A DNA stretch of 32,000 nucleotides, taken from assembly GCF_001644705.1 (NCBI RefSeq), contig NZ_CP015137.1:3810001-3842000 (forward strand), read 5' to 3'. The position numbers and the translations under genes were made by a program. Under the pieces are notes generated by a model that saw nothing but the letters and a program-made list of their open reading frames with translations, was not told the DNA's origin and did no database searches. Shown piece after piece: positions 1-9,460 of the stretch. This DNA comes from Dickeya solani IPO 2222 (GTDB taxonomy: Bacteria > Pseudomonadota > Gammaproteobacteria > Enterobacterales > Enterobacteriaceae). The stretch's first letter is position 1; each line of letters starts with the position of its first letter.

Positions 1-160
1 CGCCTGAAATGGCCGTCAACAGCCGTCACGTATTGATTGCGCGCTCAAGCTCAAACATGGCTACTTTTTCAGCGCGCTGTTTCGGTTTTATCGGATGGTG
101 CCTGATGGCCGCGAGGGTATACTGCGTCACAGTTTTCGATCACAAAAGAGTAAGCGTGTT

Positions 161-646
161 ATGACATTAATCAAACGTGCAGTGAACACCGTGGGTGTGG
201 CCGCTCTGATGGCGGCAGCAAGTTACGTTCAGGCGGCCAGCTGGCAGGAGTCCCTTTCCAACGCGGCCAACCAGTTAAGCCAGAACGGTGCGTCATCTGG
301 CAACCTGAGTGGGCTGACCGGCTTGCTGAATGGCGGAACCCAGTCGCTGAGCGCCGGCAGCATGAACAATGCGGCGGGTATCCTGGAATACTGCATGAAA
401 CAGAAGCTGGTTGCGGCGACAAACACCGAAAATGTCAAAAACCAGTTGCTGAATAAACTGGGCCTGACCTCTCAACAGGAACAGCAGAAACAGACCGATT
501 ATGTACAAGGGTTGACCGGTCTGTTGAATACGGGAGAGGGGAAACAGCTAAACCTGAGTACGTTGGGTAATACGCCGCTGGCGGAAAAAGTCAAAACCAA
601 AGCGTGCGATATCGTATTAAAGCAAGGGTTGAAATTTATTTCCTGA
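161..646 (+). CDS. Secreted DUF2501-family protein (YjjA-like)
   Basis: ORF 95..646. The internal ATG at 161 gives a signal-peptide-like N-terminus (MTLIKRAVNTVGVAALMAAASYVQA/AS). The NAAGILEYC motif and the C-terminal KTKACDIVLKQGLKFIS resemble enterobacterial YjjA/DUF2501 proteins as I remember them. Confidence 0.65.
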   Translation: MTLIKRAVNTVGVAALMAAASYVQAASWQESLSNAANQLSQNGASSGNLSGLTGLLNGGTQSLSAGSMNNAAGILEYCMKQKLVAATNTENVKNQLLNKLGLTSQQEQQKQTDYVQGLTGLLNTGEGKQLNLSTLGNTPLAEKVKTKACDIVLKQGLKFIS

Positions 647-789
647 CTGATAATTCCCGACCAGCACGCGGCATTGATAGCGTCTGGTCGTGGTAACGGA
701 AGTGTGAAATTCCATAAACCCCAGAAGATAAAGATGCCGGGTGGGTGTAGCCGACGCGGTTTAATGCCGGGCTGGTGCTCTGGCTATGA

Positions 790-1380
790 TCAGTGTCCGT
801 ATTTAAAATTAAAGCCTAACGCATCGCCTGTTGTATCGTATTCGCGGAAGTTATATATCAACGGTTTCCACTTTGACGAGTCGATGGCATCGTTTTGACC
901 TAATAGATGGCTTTCTACCCAGACATTCAAAATATCAAACTCAACGAGAATAAAACGCCCTTTATCCGTCGTACTTACGGTTCGGCATTCCGCCTGAATC
1001 GGACATTCAACCACGCGCGGCGGTACAATCTCTGTCGATTTTTCAGTGTGAAGCCCGGTTTTGGCGAATTTATCGTGGCATACCTGAACGCCCCATTTTA
1101 TTTGGCTTTCGGATAGCGTATCTCCGCCCGTCAGTTTACCGATTTCTTCCACCGTCTCCCAAAGATTGTAATCAGGGATATTTATAACCGCATCGGAGCC
1201 TGATAGTAAATTGCTGTAGGTTTTGCTGCCTTTGCTGACCCCGATAATAATTTTATCGCCCAGCGAAATCGAGGAAGATACTGGGGCGATATTGGTATTC
1301 CCGTTACGGCTGTCTGTCGTTGTGACAAGAAAAACCGGGAAGCCGTAATAAAATGAATTTAATTTCACACTTTTCTTCAT
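790..1380 (-). CDS. Flavin reductase-like (FMN-binding split-barrel) domain protein
   Basis: 196-aa ORF. The N-terminal pattern YYGFPVFLVTT...GNTNIAPVSS is typical of the flavin reductase-like domain family. The antisense ORFs 674..898 and 907..1116 are treated as shadows. Confidence 0.7.
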   Translation of the reverse strand: MKKSVKLNSFYYGFPVFLVTTTDSRNGNTNIAPVSSSISLGDKIIIGVSKGSKTYSNLLSGSDAVINIPDYNLWETVEEIGKLTGGDTLSESQIKWGVQVCHDKFAKTGLHTEKSTEIVPPRVVECPIQAECRTVSTTDKGRFILVEFDILNVWVESHLLGQNDAIDSSKWKPLIYNFREYDTTGDALGFNFKYGH

Positions 1381-1687
1381 TTCAGCGTAGAACCCATTAT
1401 TTGAAGGTATATGTGATGCCCATTTCTACTCTTTTCGATGGCCTTTAACAATAACCCCAATTGAGTATTCACGGGGTATGTATGCCGCGTGTTAATAAAT
1501 CGGTTTGTTATCTTCATGAGGGATTTTTGTTTACTTAATGTGGCATTTTCTTCATGTGATTATCCCTGTCGGCTTGCTGGGGATACGGATAACTGAGGTG
1601 AAACGTGCTTATCTGCCTCATCATCGGCTTGTCATGCTGTTGCGCGACTGTGAAAGATATATAGAAAAAATAATCCACAAACCCGAA

Positions 1688-1710
1688 AAGAGGTATATGA
1701 TATACATCAT
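1688..1710 (+). promoter_or_regulatory. Candidate NsrR-type operator (11-1-11 inverted repeat) upstream of yeaR
   Basis: AAGAGGTATAT-G-ATATACATCAT. The two halves are 9/11 symmetric, and each matches about 9/11 of the remembered NsrR half-site AAnATGCATTT. It lies 51-73 nt upstream of the yeaR ATG. Confidence 0.35.
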
Positions 1711-1760
1711 ATTGTTTTATCCTCCCGTCATTTTTTAAACTGGGATAAATGAGGTTAAAC

Positions 1761-2093
1761 ATGCAACGAATCGTAATACCAGCTAATTATGTTCATACAC
1801 GTACAACGCCTTTTTGGACCAAGGATACGGCGCCTGCGTCTATTTGGCAGCGACACCTGGATGCGGGTACCCGGCAAGGTGTTTACCCACGTTTATGTGT
1901 GATGCAGGGGGCTATCCGTTATTACGGCTATGCAGATGAGAACAGCCCCGATCCTGTCGACACCCTGACGATAGAAGCCGGGCAATTTGGCGTATTTCCG
2001 CCGGAAAAGTGGCACCGAATAGAAGCACTATCGGATGATACGTTATTTAACGTTGATTTTTATGTCGACCCAAAAATTTTGATCGAAGGCTGA
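1761..2093 (+). CDS. yeaR: DUF1971 protein YeaR (TehB C-terminal-like)
   Basis: ORF 1749..2093. The ATG at 1761 is preceded by GAGG. MQRIVIPANYVHTRTTPFWTKDTAPA...GVYPRLCVMQGAIRYYGYADE...AGQFGVFPPEKWHRIEA is near-colinear with E. coli YeaR. Confidence 0.85.
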   Translation: MQRIVIPANYVHTRTTPFWTKDTAPASIWQRHLDAGTRQGVYPRLCVMQGAIRYYGYADENSPDPVDTLTIEAGQFGVFPPEKWHRIEALSDDTLFNVDFYVDPKILIEG

Positions 2094-2103
2094 GGTAGTA
2101 ATA

Positions 2104-2442
2104 ATGGAAAGCGAAAATAAAGGGTATTCCTTAGCATTATCTCATCGTGGTAATAGTGAAAAAAAAGAAAGGGTGTTTCTTAAACCCATGTCGTTATATG
2201 TGCCGGACGTAGCGAATCAGGCGGTTGCGGCGCTGATTGACGAACTGTCGGAAACCAGCAAGCAAGGTAAAGACTTTTTGCTGACCGTAACCAATCAAAA
2301 CAATGGCGTATCAGTGGATAAAGATTTCGCCACCCTTTCTGAACTGAAGGACCCGGCTATTGCTGCTGATGCCGTCAAGGAACTGGTCAATATTGTCAGG
2401 GGCTACGAGTCGGACGAAGAAACTAATGTTTGTGGCTGGTAG
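2104..2442 (+). CDS. yoaG: YoaG-like DUF1869 protein with an N-terminal extension
   Basis: The C-terminal 56 aa (DFLLTVTNQNNGVSVD...VKELVNIVRGYESDEETNVCGW) align with the whole 60-aa E. coli YoaG. The gene lies directly downstream of yeaR, as in E. coli. Confidence 0.75.
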   Translation: MESENKGYSLALSHRGNSEKKERVFLKPMSLYVPDVANQAVAALIDELSETSKQGKDFLLTVTNQNNGVSVDKDFATLSELKDPAIAADAVKELVNIVRGYESDEETNVCGW

Positions 2443-2464
2443 CGTGACGTGTTGATGTAATAAA

Positions 2465-2514
2465 TACTCCTTATATTTCCATTCGATGTGGGAGTGAATA
2501 TAAGGGGTATTTTT
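2465..2514 (+). terminator. Putative rho-independent terminator of yeaR-yoaG
   Basis: 12-bp stem TACTCCTTATAT / ATATAAGGGGTA (one G-U pair) with a 21-nt loop, followed by TTTTT. Confidence 0.4.
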
Positions 2515-2716
2515 CAGTCAATCTCCGTGGTAAGTATTATTGGTGTAGTGGCCTGCGGTTTTGCTCTCCTGTCTGGCGTCATCGCCCATTCTCCTGGATG
2601 TCTGATGACTGCTCAGTAATGCCTGATTCATGAGTCTTATTCATAAGTCTATTCTGTAGCGCATGATTATCATCGGGTTCAATCCCGGTAATATAGTGCG
2701 AATAATCGAAGCTTAA

Positions 2717-3925
2717 ATGACAGATATGACTCAACCTCAGATGCGATCGAAAAAAATCCCAGAGCTATTTTTTATTGCCATTCTCAGCGCCCTGATGGCG
2801 TTTACTTCCTTATCGACAGACATTTACCTGCCTGCCATGCCAATCATGGGGAACGATTTACAGGGTGATGTGGAATTGACCATCACCGGTTTTTTAATCG
2901 GCTTTTGCATTGCACAGCTGATTTGGGGCCCGTTAAGCGACCACTGGGGGCGCCGGACGCCGCTGTTTATTGGTATGGCACTGTTCATCGTCGGCTCCGT
3001 GGGCTGCGCACTGTCTACTACTATTTCGCAAATTGTTTTCTGGCGTATTTTTCAGGCGCTGGGCGCGTGCACTGGGCCGATGCTAGCTCGTGCGATGATC
3101 CGCGATCTATTTAGCCGTATCCGCGCCGCACAAATGCTCTCTACGCTAATAATCATTATGGCGATTGCGCCGATTGCCGGTCCGCTACTCGGCGGACAAT
3201 TGATCAAAGTGACATCATGGCACTCGATTTTCTGGTTGCTGGCGGTGATTGGCCTGCTCATGTTCATTTCATTATATTGGTTGCCTGAAACGTTACCGGA
3301 GGACAAACGAATCAAGGCTTCTTTATCCAGCGCCTTTCACAACTATTATGCACTGCTGACGAATACGGCTTTCATGCGCTTCACCTTATGCCTGACGTCC
3401 TATTATGTCGCGGCTTACGCGTTTATTACCGGATCGGCTTTTGTCTACATCACTTATTTCGGTGTCGACCCTCAACATTACGGCTGGTTATTTGCGCTGA
3501 ATATCGTCGGCGTAGTGGGCATGAGCATCGTGAACCGTCGTCTGGTTCAACGCTACCCGCTTGAGAGGTTGCTTAAATTTGCCGTGCTGATCGCCGCCGC
3601 CGCCTCACTGGTTCTTGCGGTAGGCACAAAACTCAACATCGGCGGAATTATTCTGATTGTGGTCTCGGTGTTTATTTTCTTTTCGATGAACGGCATCATC
3701 GCTGCTACATCAACAGCCGCCGCGCTTGATGCCGTGCCAAACATTGCTGGGTCCGCATCGGCATTGATCGGCTCGCTACAGTACGGTAGCGGCATTATTT
3801 CTTCCTTGCTGCTTGCCCTGCTGGGCGATGGTACGCCGTGGACGATGGCCTGGATCATCGCCTTATTTACCGTGGTCAGCGCGGTAATAGCGCTGACCAC
3901 ACGAGTAACGAAAACGACCAGTTAA
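2717..3925 (+). CDS. MFS drug efflux transporter, Bcr/CflA subfamily
   Basis: 402-aa polytopic ORF. LSTDIYLPAMP...GFLIGFCIAQLIWGPLSDHWGRR is the Bcr/CflA signature region, and the profile looks like 12 TM segments. Confidence 0.85.
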   Translation: MTDMTQPQMRSKKIPELFFIAILSALMAFTSLSTDIYLPAMPIMGNDLQGDVELTITGFLIGFCIAQLIWGPLSDHWGRRTPLFIGMALFIVGSVGCALSTTISQIVFWRIFQALGACTGPMLARAMIRDLFSRIRAAQMLSTLIIIMAIAPIAGPLLGGQLIKVTSWHSIFWLLAVIGLLMFISLYWLPETLPEDKRIKASLSSAFHNYYALLTNTAFMRFTLCLTSYYVAAYAFITGSAFVYITYFGVDPQHYGWLFALNIVGVVGMSIVNRRLVQRYPLERLLKFAVLIAAAASLVLAVGTKLNIGGIILIVVSVFIFFSMNGIIAATSTAAALDAVPNIAGSASALIGSLQYGSGIISSLLLALLGDGTPWTMAWIIALFTVVSAVIALTTRVTKTTS

Positions 3926-4097
3926 CTATTATTGTTGAGGAGCGTATCGGGTTTGTGGCCTTACCTAAAAATAATGGATACCGTCCCGAGCGCTTCAATT
4001 TTAAAATCTTCGGGATAACGTTTACCGTTCATGGGAAGCTCTTTTTTAAGTCATCTTAACTAACTCTGAGATGCTTGCTGTACCCGTGGCGATTCAG

Positions 4098-5195
4098 CTA
4101 CCTGTTATTTGTCCAGTAACTCCCGGTTTCTTTCAGCGTTAAAAACTGCTGATTTATCTCTTCCATTGTGTTGGCCGGGTCAAGTTCGTGGAAGAGTTCG
4201 GGATGAAATGTTTTGGCAAAGAATTCGACAACCAGCAGGTGCCATGGGCTCATGTAAAAATTCTGCCAGAAAGCATAAGCCTTGTGATTCTGGACCGCCC
4301 CCAACGCGGCGACGGTCGGTTCACCGTTTAGCGCATCGAGAAATGTTTCTTTTGCTCTGGCGTGACTGACCGCGGGCCCCAGTTGCAGAAAACCTTTTTC
4401 GTCCGGGCCAGCCATACCGGTCGCAATGTAGATATCCGGGTTTGCCGCAATAACCGCCTCAGGATTAAGCTGGCCGAAAACACTCGAAAAACGATTGGCG
4501 GCGATGTTGTTGCCTCCAGCAAAGACAATCAGCTCGGCAAGGTTTCCATGTGCAACGGTGGTACAACACCCCGCTTTACGTCCGAGGTGAAGTTGCAGCA
4601 TCACCTTAGGTTTGGGCGGATTAGCTTCCTGCAGCCGCTGCCTGATGAAATCCATATGTGATTGGTAGAACGCGATAAATTTCTCACTCTTTGCCTCATC
4701 GTTCAACGCGAGCCCAAGTGTGCGTAGCGATGGCACGGTGGCGCTTAGCTGATTCACGCGAAAATCAAGAAAAAGAACCGGGATATGCGCCGCCGCAAGC
4801 TGGCGCATCAGTTCTTCGCTATTTGGCGGCGTTTTCGCGTATACCGGTAAAATGACAAGTTCAGGTCGCAGGGCAATGATTTTTTCAACGTTTAGTTGTG
4901 AAAAATTGGATTTACCAATTAGGGGAATCTGTTTGATGGCCGGAAACGCGTCGGTATAGCGTTGCCATGTTTGCTGATCGAGCTGCCTGAGATCGTCGGG
5001 CCAGCCAACGATCCGCTTCGCCGGGTTCCCCTCTTCAACCAGGGCGAGGGTATAAATCATGCGGCTTTCACCAATCACGATGCGCTGCGGATTGTCAGGC
5101 ACGTCAACCTGGCGTTGCAAACTATCCGTAAGGATCTTTGCCTGCGCCGAGAGTGACAGAATCATGCCCGTTAGCAGTAGCGATAACGTTCTCAT
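4098..5195 (-). CDS. Periplasmic iron-siderophore/cobalamin-type ABC substrate-binding protein
   Basis: 365-aa ORF with a signal peptide (MRTLSLLLTGMILSLSAQA). The layout is FecB/FhuD-like (RIVIGE...LRPELVI...). It lies directly downstream of a TonB-dependent receptor. Confidence 0.75.
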   Translation of the reverse strand: MRTLSLLLTGMILSLSAQAKILTDSLQRQVDVPDNPQRIVIGESRMIYTLALVEEGNPAKRIVGWPDDLRQLDQQTWQRYTDAFPAIKQIPLIGKSNFSQLNVEKIIALRPELVILPVYAKTPPNSEELMRQLAAAHIPVLFLDFRVNQLSATVPSLRTLGLALNDEAKSEKFIAFYQSHMDFIRQRLQEANPPKPKVMLQLHLGRKAGCCTTVAHGNLAELIVFAGGNNIAANRFSSVFGQLNPEAVIAANPDIYIATGMAGPDEKGFLQLGPAVSHARAKETFLDALNGEPTVAALGAVQNHKAYAFWQNFYMSPWHLLVVEFFAKTFHPELFHELDPANTMEEINQQFLTLKETGSYWTNNR

Positions 5196-5244
5196 AATAA
5201 AACCTTATTTAGCTCCGCCAGTGGCAGGCGGAGCAGGGGAGGGA

Positions 5245-7380
5245 TTAAAAATCGACAGAAGCTTGCAGATACATCACACGCGGCTCACCTTCTATCACGC
5301 GAAGATTGCCGGCACTGGATTCGTAATACTCGCGATCAAACAGGTTTTTCATGTTGAGTTTCAACTGGGTATGTTTGCCCACCAGTTGGCTGTCCCATGC
5401 AATAAAAGCATCCGCCACCGTGTAAGCTGGCATGATAAAGCTGTTTTCTGGATCGCCAGCACGGGTACCAACATAGCGGCCACCACCACCGATGCGTAGC
5501 TCACCAGGTAACCAGGAAAAACGTAACGTATGGCTCAGATACAGGCTGCCCATATTGGTCGGGGCATTGACCAGCCGGTTGCCAATGTTCGCGGGGTTGA
5601 TTTTGTCCTCGACAATTTCTGTTTTGTCGTAGCTGTAGTTCGCAATAAGATTCCAGTCTTTAGTGATTTCACCATTGATCTCGATTTCCGCGCCACTTGA
5701 GCGAGCGGCGGGAATATTACGCGTTACGCCGTTGATAAAGATCGACATATCTTTTTCGTCGATGCGATAAAGCGCCAGGGTCGCGGCAATAGCGTGAGAA
5801 ATCTGCCACTTACTGCCGACTTCATACGATGTCCCTTTTTCCGCCGAGGCGACATTGCCGTTATCATCCGTGTTGGTCGATGGCGTGAATGATTTGCTGT
5901 AACTGGCGTAAAGAGACAAATCCGGCATGACTTTGTAAACCACGCCAACCTGAGGCAAGAAAGCATCACCGCGATCATTCAGCGTCGATTCAGGAGTGAT
6001 AAACCCATTGCTGGATGTCTGGGTATATTTCTGGAATCGGCCACCCAGCACGGCTATCCATTTATCCGTGAGATGAATGCTGTCCTTGGCAAAAATGGAA
6101 CGGCTGTAAAGATTCGTGCGTAGATTACTTAACGAGTCACGATAAGTACTGCCACTCACGACGGGCTCTTCGCCATAGACCGGGTTATACATATTGAAGG
6201 TTTTCGATACATTACCCCGATACGAATAGGCTTTATAGGTCTCATTTTGCTCATAATCGACACCCAGCAATAAATCATGCCGCATTCCCGCGATTTCAGG
6301 TGAACCGCCGATATCCCAGGAAACATACTGTGTCTGATGATTGAACCCGCGGTTAGCATCGGCGCGTCGGGAGACAATGCCTGTGGTGGTGTTAATTGCG
6401 GTGGCGCGGACTTCATTACTGTCGTAGCGGCGCTGCATCCAGCCATAATTCAGGTGTGTGTCCCAGATATCATTCAGGGCGTAGCCATAGCTGGCATTTA
6501 ACCGCTTGTTCTTGCCCCAGGCGTGGTTCGCACTATCATCAAGGCGTTCGTTGTAAGGAATATTGACCGGCTTGCCATCGATAAACGCGGTTCCTCTGTC
6601 ATAAGGAACGTCGTATTTGTACTCGACGTAGCTGATATTGAATGAGGCACGATCGCCATACCAGCTCAGAGAAGGCGCGAGCAGGGTGTGTTCATTTACG
6701 CCAAAGTTACGCCAGTAATCCTCACGCTGGCGTTCTGCGACCAGACGAAAGGCAAAACCATTTCCCAGCGGACCGGTGATATCCAGTGTTCCGGTACCAC
6801 CACCGTAACTGCTGGATTCTCCACTAAGGTGTGTGTTCCATTCATACTGGGGTTTTTTGCTGACGAGATTGATCACCCCGCCAGGGTTCAGAATACCGTA
6901 CAGCAGGGAGGAGGAGCCCCTGAGTACTTCAACATGATCGATGCTGGCATCCATGGTCAGCCCCTGATTGCTGCGGATGCCATCGATAAATATTGAGCCG
7001 TCGGTATTCGATCCAAACCCGCGTTTGACAAAGCCATCCTCGGTGCCACCCAGGGTGTTGCCTTGTGTGACGCCACTGACAAATTTAACGGCGTCATTCA
7101 GGCTGGTCACCTGGTAATCGTCCATCACCTGCGGCGTGACCACGCTGACAGACTGTGGCGTTTCATTGCGGGGAACCCTGGTCCGTAAAGTCGCCGCCGC
7201 GTCATCCTGGTTATAGCTGCCGGCGGAAGACGCCTGGGTGGCGGTCACGGTTAATGTTTCTTCCGTGGATGCTTCTGCCGCTGAAATATGCTGGCAGGCA
7301 AGAAGGGTTGAGAGTAACAGTACCCCTGAGCCAGACGCTTTATTATTTAATACGGGTGCAAAATGGGAAAGAGACTTCAT
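5245..7380 (-). CDS. TonB-dependent siderophore receptor
   Basis: ORF 5245..7581. The internal ATG at 7380 gives a signal peptide (MKSLSHF...LLACQHISAAEA) and the TonB box ETLTVTA. It has a plug domain and a C-terminal beta-barrel ending in ...YLQASVDF (terminal Phe). Confidence 0.85.
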   Translation of the reverse strand: MKSLSHFAPVLNNKASGSGVLLLSTLLACQHISAAEASTEETLTVTATQASSAGSYNQDDAAATLRTRVPRNETPQSVSVVTPQVMDDYQVTSLNDAVKFVSGVTQGNTLGGTEDGFVKRGFGSNTDGSIFIDGIRSNQGLTMDASIDHVEVLRGSSSLLYGILNPGGVINLVSKKPQYEWNTHLSGESSSYGGGTGTLDITGPLGNGFAFRLVAERQREDYWRNFGVNEHTLLAPSLSWYGDRASFNISYVEYKYDVPYDRGTAFIDGKPVNIPYNERLDDSANHAWGKNKRLNASYGYALNDIWDTHLNYGWMQRRYDSNEVRATAINTTTGIVSRRADANRGFNHQTQYVSWDIGGSPEIAGMRHDLLLGVDYEQNETYKAYSYRGNVSKTFNMYNPVYGEEPVVSGSTYRDSLSNLRTNLYSRSIFAKDSIHLTDKWIAVLGGRFQKYTQTSSNGFITPESTLNDRGDAFLPQVGVVYKVMPDLSLYASYSKSFTPSTNTDDNGNVASAEKGTSYEVGSKWQISHAIAATLALYRIDEKDMSIFINGVTRNIPAARSSGAEIEINGEITKDWNLIANYSYDKTEIVEDKINPANIGNRLVNAPTNMGSLYLSHTLRFSWLPGELRIGGGGRYVGTRAGDPENSFIMPAYTVADAFIAWDSQLVGKHTQLKLNMKNLFDREYYESSAGNLRVIEGEPRVMYLQASVDF

Positions 7381-7430
7381 CGGTTCGAGTCCGCAGCAAA
7401 GGAAAATAAATTTACATGCAGAATAGTAAT

Positions 7431-7449
7431 GAGATTGATTTTTATTTTC
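7431..7449 (-). promoter_or_regulatory. Candidate Fur box upstream of the receptor gene
   Basis: The minus-strand sequence GAAAATAAAAATCAATCTC matches 14/19 positions of GATAATGATAATCATTATC. It lies 51-69 nt upstream of the ATG. Confidence 0.35.
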
Positions 7450-7995
7450 AATGATGAGATTTAAACGTTTAGCCTCACGTTTACCGGTGATAAATAAAAC
7501 GCTATCCCATTCAGTATGTATTTTTATAAATAACAATATGGTCAAAAAATGAATGTAGTAGGGTAAATCAAATAAAATCATTAGTTTGCGATTGTTTTGT
7601 AGTAGCTGCTCGTGTTTTTTTTCTTATTTTTGTTTAATTGCTACATCATTTATTGCGTTCAGTCGTGGGGGGAAGATATGGATGATGGAATAAAAGAAGG
7701 ATTATTAAGGTAGCCTTAAGCTATGTATGCTCGGTTGGTTGGTGAAAATAAAGGCAGTAAATTGCAATAAACCCTTTCAGACCCGGTTTAGGCTTGTTCT
7801 TCGGGTTGCACGAGCCCGTGGGGCAATATACCCAAGTCATCTGCGCAGCGGTGTTTACAGTACAGTCACCGGCGTTCTGCAGATCACGCGATGAGCCGTA
7901 GTCGTCTCATGCACGCGATGGCTTGGGTGAGAATGGGGGGCTTTGTATCAGATAACGGAACGTGACAAGCTTAATTTTTAACAGGCAATCACCCG

Positions 7996-8895
7996 TTATG
8001 TTTTTTTCGGTCTTGTCAGAGCATTATTCAGCTCGTAGAGCCGATTAATGGTCTTCAACGGTGTGCCTGGAGAGAGCGTCGCAAGCGCCAATACCAGTAC
8101 CTCAAGGCACATAATGGGGGTGCCGTGGATGGGGATTTTCTCTTTAGATGAGCTGCGTGGAATGAATATCGTGCTGTCGGCATGTTTCATGAAGACAGAA
8201 TCATCTGCGCCAGTGAGTAAAACGACCTTCATTTTTAATTTTCTGGCCTCTTCCAGCGTGGTCATGCCTTCACGATGCGCACTTTTCTGCGCCAGCATAA
8301 TCAACACATCGCCGGTGCGTAATTCGATAATCTGTTCACTCAGTGCTGCCCCCGTTCTGTTCAGCACATACGCTGATCTGCCGTAACGGTTGAACAAGCG
8401 TGACGTATATTCCGCCAGCAAAGCGGAAGCGCCAATACCGAATATGGCGATACGTTCAGCGGGCGCCAGCAGACTGCTGGCCAGCGCGATGGCGTCACGA
8501 TTACGCTGGCTTAGCAGCAAATCACAGGTCAGACGGTAACTATCGACGACAAAATCAATGCTGGCGTTAATATCTGGTGATAACTCACTGACGGTGGTAG
8601 CCATACGTGCTGATGAACTGAGCGTCTCGCCGACCACGGCCCGCAGGACATTTTTCAGGTCTCTTAAACCCGAGAACCCCAGCGCTTGTATGGCCCTGAT
8701 GACCGTTGCATCAGACGTACCGGTTTCTGTGGCGATCGCCATTGCTGTCTGGTTCAACACGGCTGCCCGGTTTTGATCAATATACTGCGCAACGACAAAC
8801 AGTCTGGCTGACAGCTGATCCTTCTGGGCGCGAAATCGCTCGGTAAAGATATCGAGCTGTTTACGTTTTATTTTGGTCAGGGGAGTCGTTTTCAC
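7996..8895 (-). CDS. MurR/RpiR-family transcriptional regulator (HTH_6 + SIS domains)
   Basis: ORF 7996..9045. The HTH region is AMAIATETGTSDATVIRAIQALGFSGLRDLK, and the SIS region is IAIFGIGASALLAEY. The first ~50 codons of the long ORF are Arg/Cys-rich junk, so I propose the GTG at 8895 as the start; this start is uncertain. Confidence 0.7.
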   Translation of the reverse strand: MKTTPLTKIKRKQLDIFTERFRAQKDQLSARLFVVAQYIDQNRAAVLNQTAMAIATETGTSDATVIRAIQALGFSGLRDLKNVLRAVVGETLSSSARMATTVSELSPDINASIDFVVDSYRLTCDLLLSQRNRDAIALASSLLAPAERIAIFGIGASALLAEYTSRLFNRYGRSAYVLNRTGAALSEQIIELRTGDVLIMLAQKSAHREGMTTLEEARKLKMKVVLLTGADDSVFMKHADSTIFIPRSSSKEKIPIHGTPIMCLEVLVLALATLSPGTPLKTINRLYELNNALTRPKKT

Positions 8896-9460
8896 AAATA
8901 GTCGTCTGCATTGCCTGGGCTGAGCGATAACAGAGCAAGAACCCTTTTCTGCTCCACCAGCATGGTTTCTTCCAGAGGGACATATCCTTCTGCGCGATGT
9001 GTCAGTGCGGCAACAACTGCCTGTCCCGCTGGCGACACTATGCATTCTAACCAGGTCCTGAGCATCGGGTCGAGCCTGGAACCTGGTGGCCGGTCAAAAA
9101 AAGAGAGCGACATAGCTTGATAACGGATAACGATCTTTACTCACGTGTTCACGTTCTGGTGAAATTCGCTTCACTATCTCTTCCCATCTTGTCATTAGTA
9201 TTTTCGATGGGGATGACAACTATCCTGACAGAGGGGGTAGCAGACAAACTATGAAAGAAAAATCACACCCATTCGCTGATGCGGGCGAACTGGCCACATT
9301 CACTTGATGCTCCCGGATGACGCCTTTGGTGCGCGATACGCAGAAGGACATGTTCCCGAGTGGGAATAACTTCTGTCGTGAGTAACAGCTAGTCGGCTCA
9401 GGGCCTTAAACGGCCCCTTATTAAGCCTGAACTGTGATGTCCTTCAGCGATATTAATCAG

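Noticed and set aside
1535-1762. Mutually antisense ORFs 1535..1762(-) and 1538..1738(+) upstream of yeaR
   Set aside because: They overlap each other and the predicted yeaR promoter/operator. There are no recognisable motifs or an RBS.
5059-5499. 146-aa plus-strand ORF bridging the binding-protein and receptor genes
   Set aside because: It is antisense to two well-supported genes and has no supporting signals.
7382-7392. GGTTCGAGTCC, a tRNA T-arm/T-loop-like 11-mer just upstream of the receptor gene; it could have been a tRNA fragment or att relic
   Set aside because: The flanks cannot form a T-stem longer than 3 bp or an acceptor stem, and there is no CCA. It lies in a 5' UTR on the opposite strand, so it is probably chance.
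8896-9045. N-terminal 50-codon extension of the RpiR ORF (MHSVASGTGSCCRTDTSRRR...)
   Set aside because: The composition is implausible and RpiR proteins are ~280-300 aa. A downstream GTG start is preferred.
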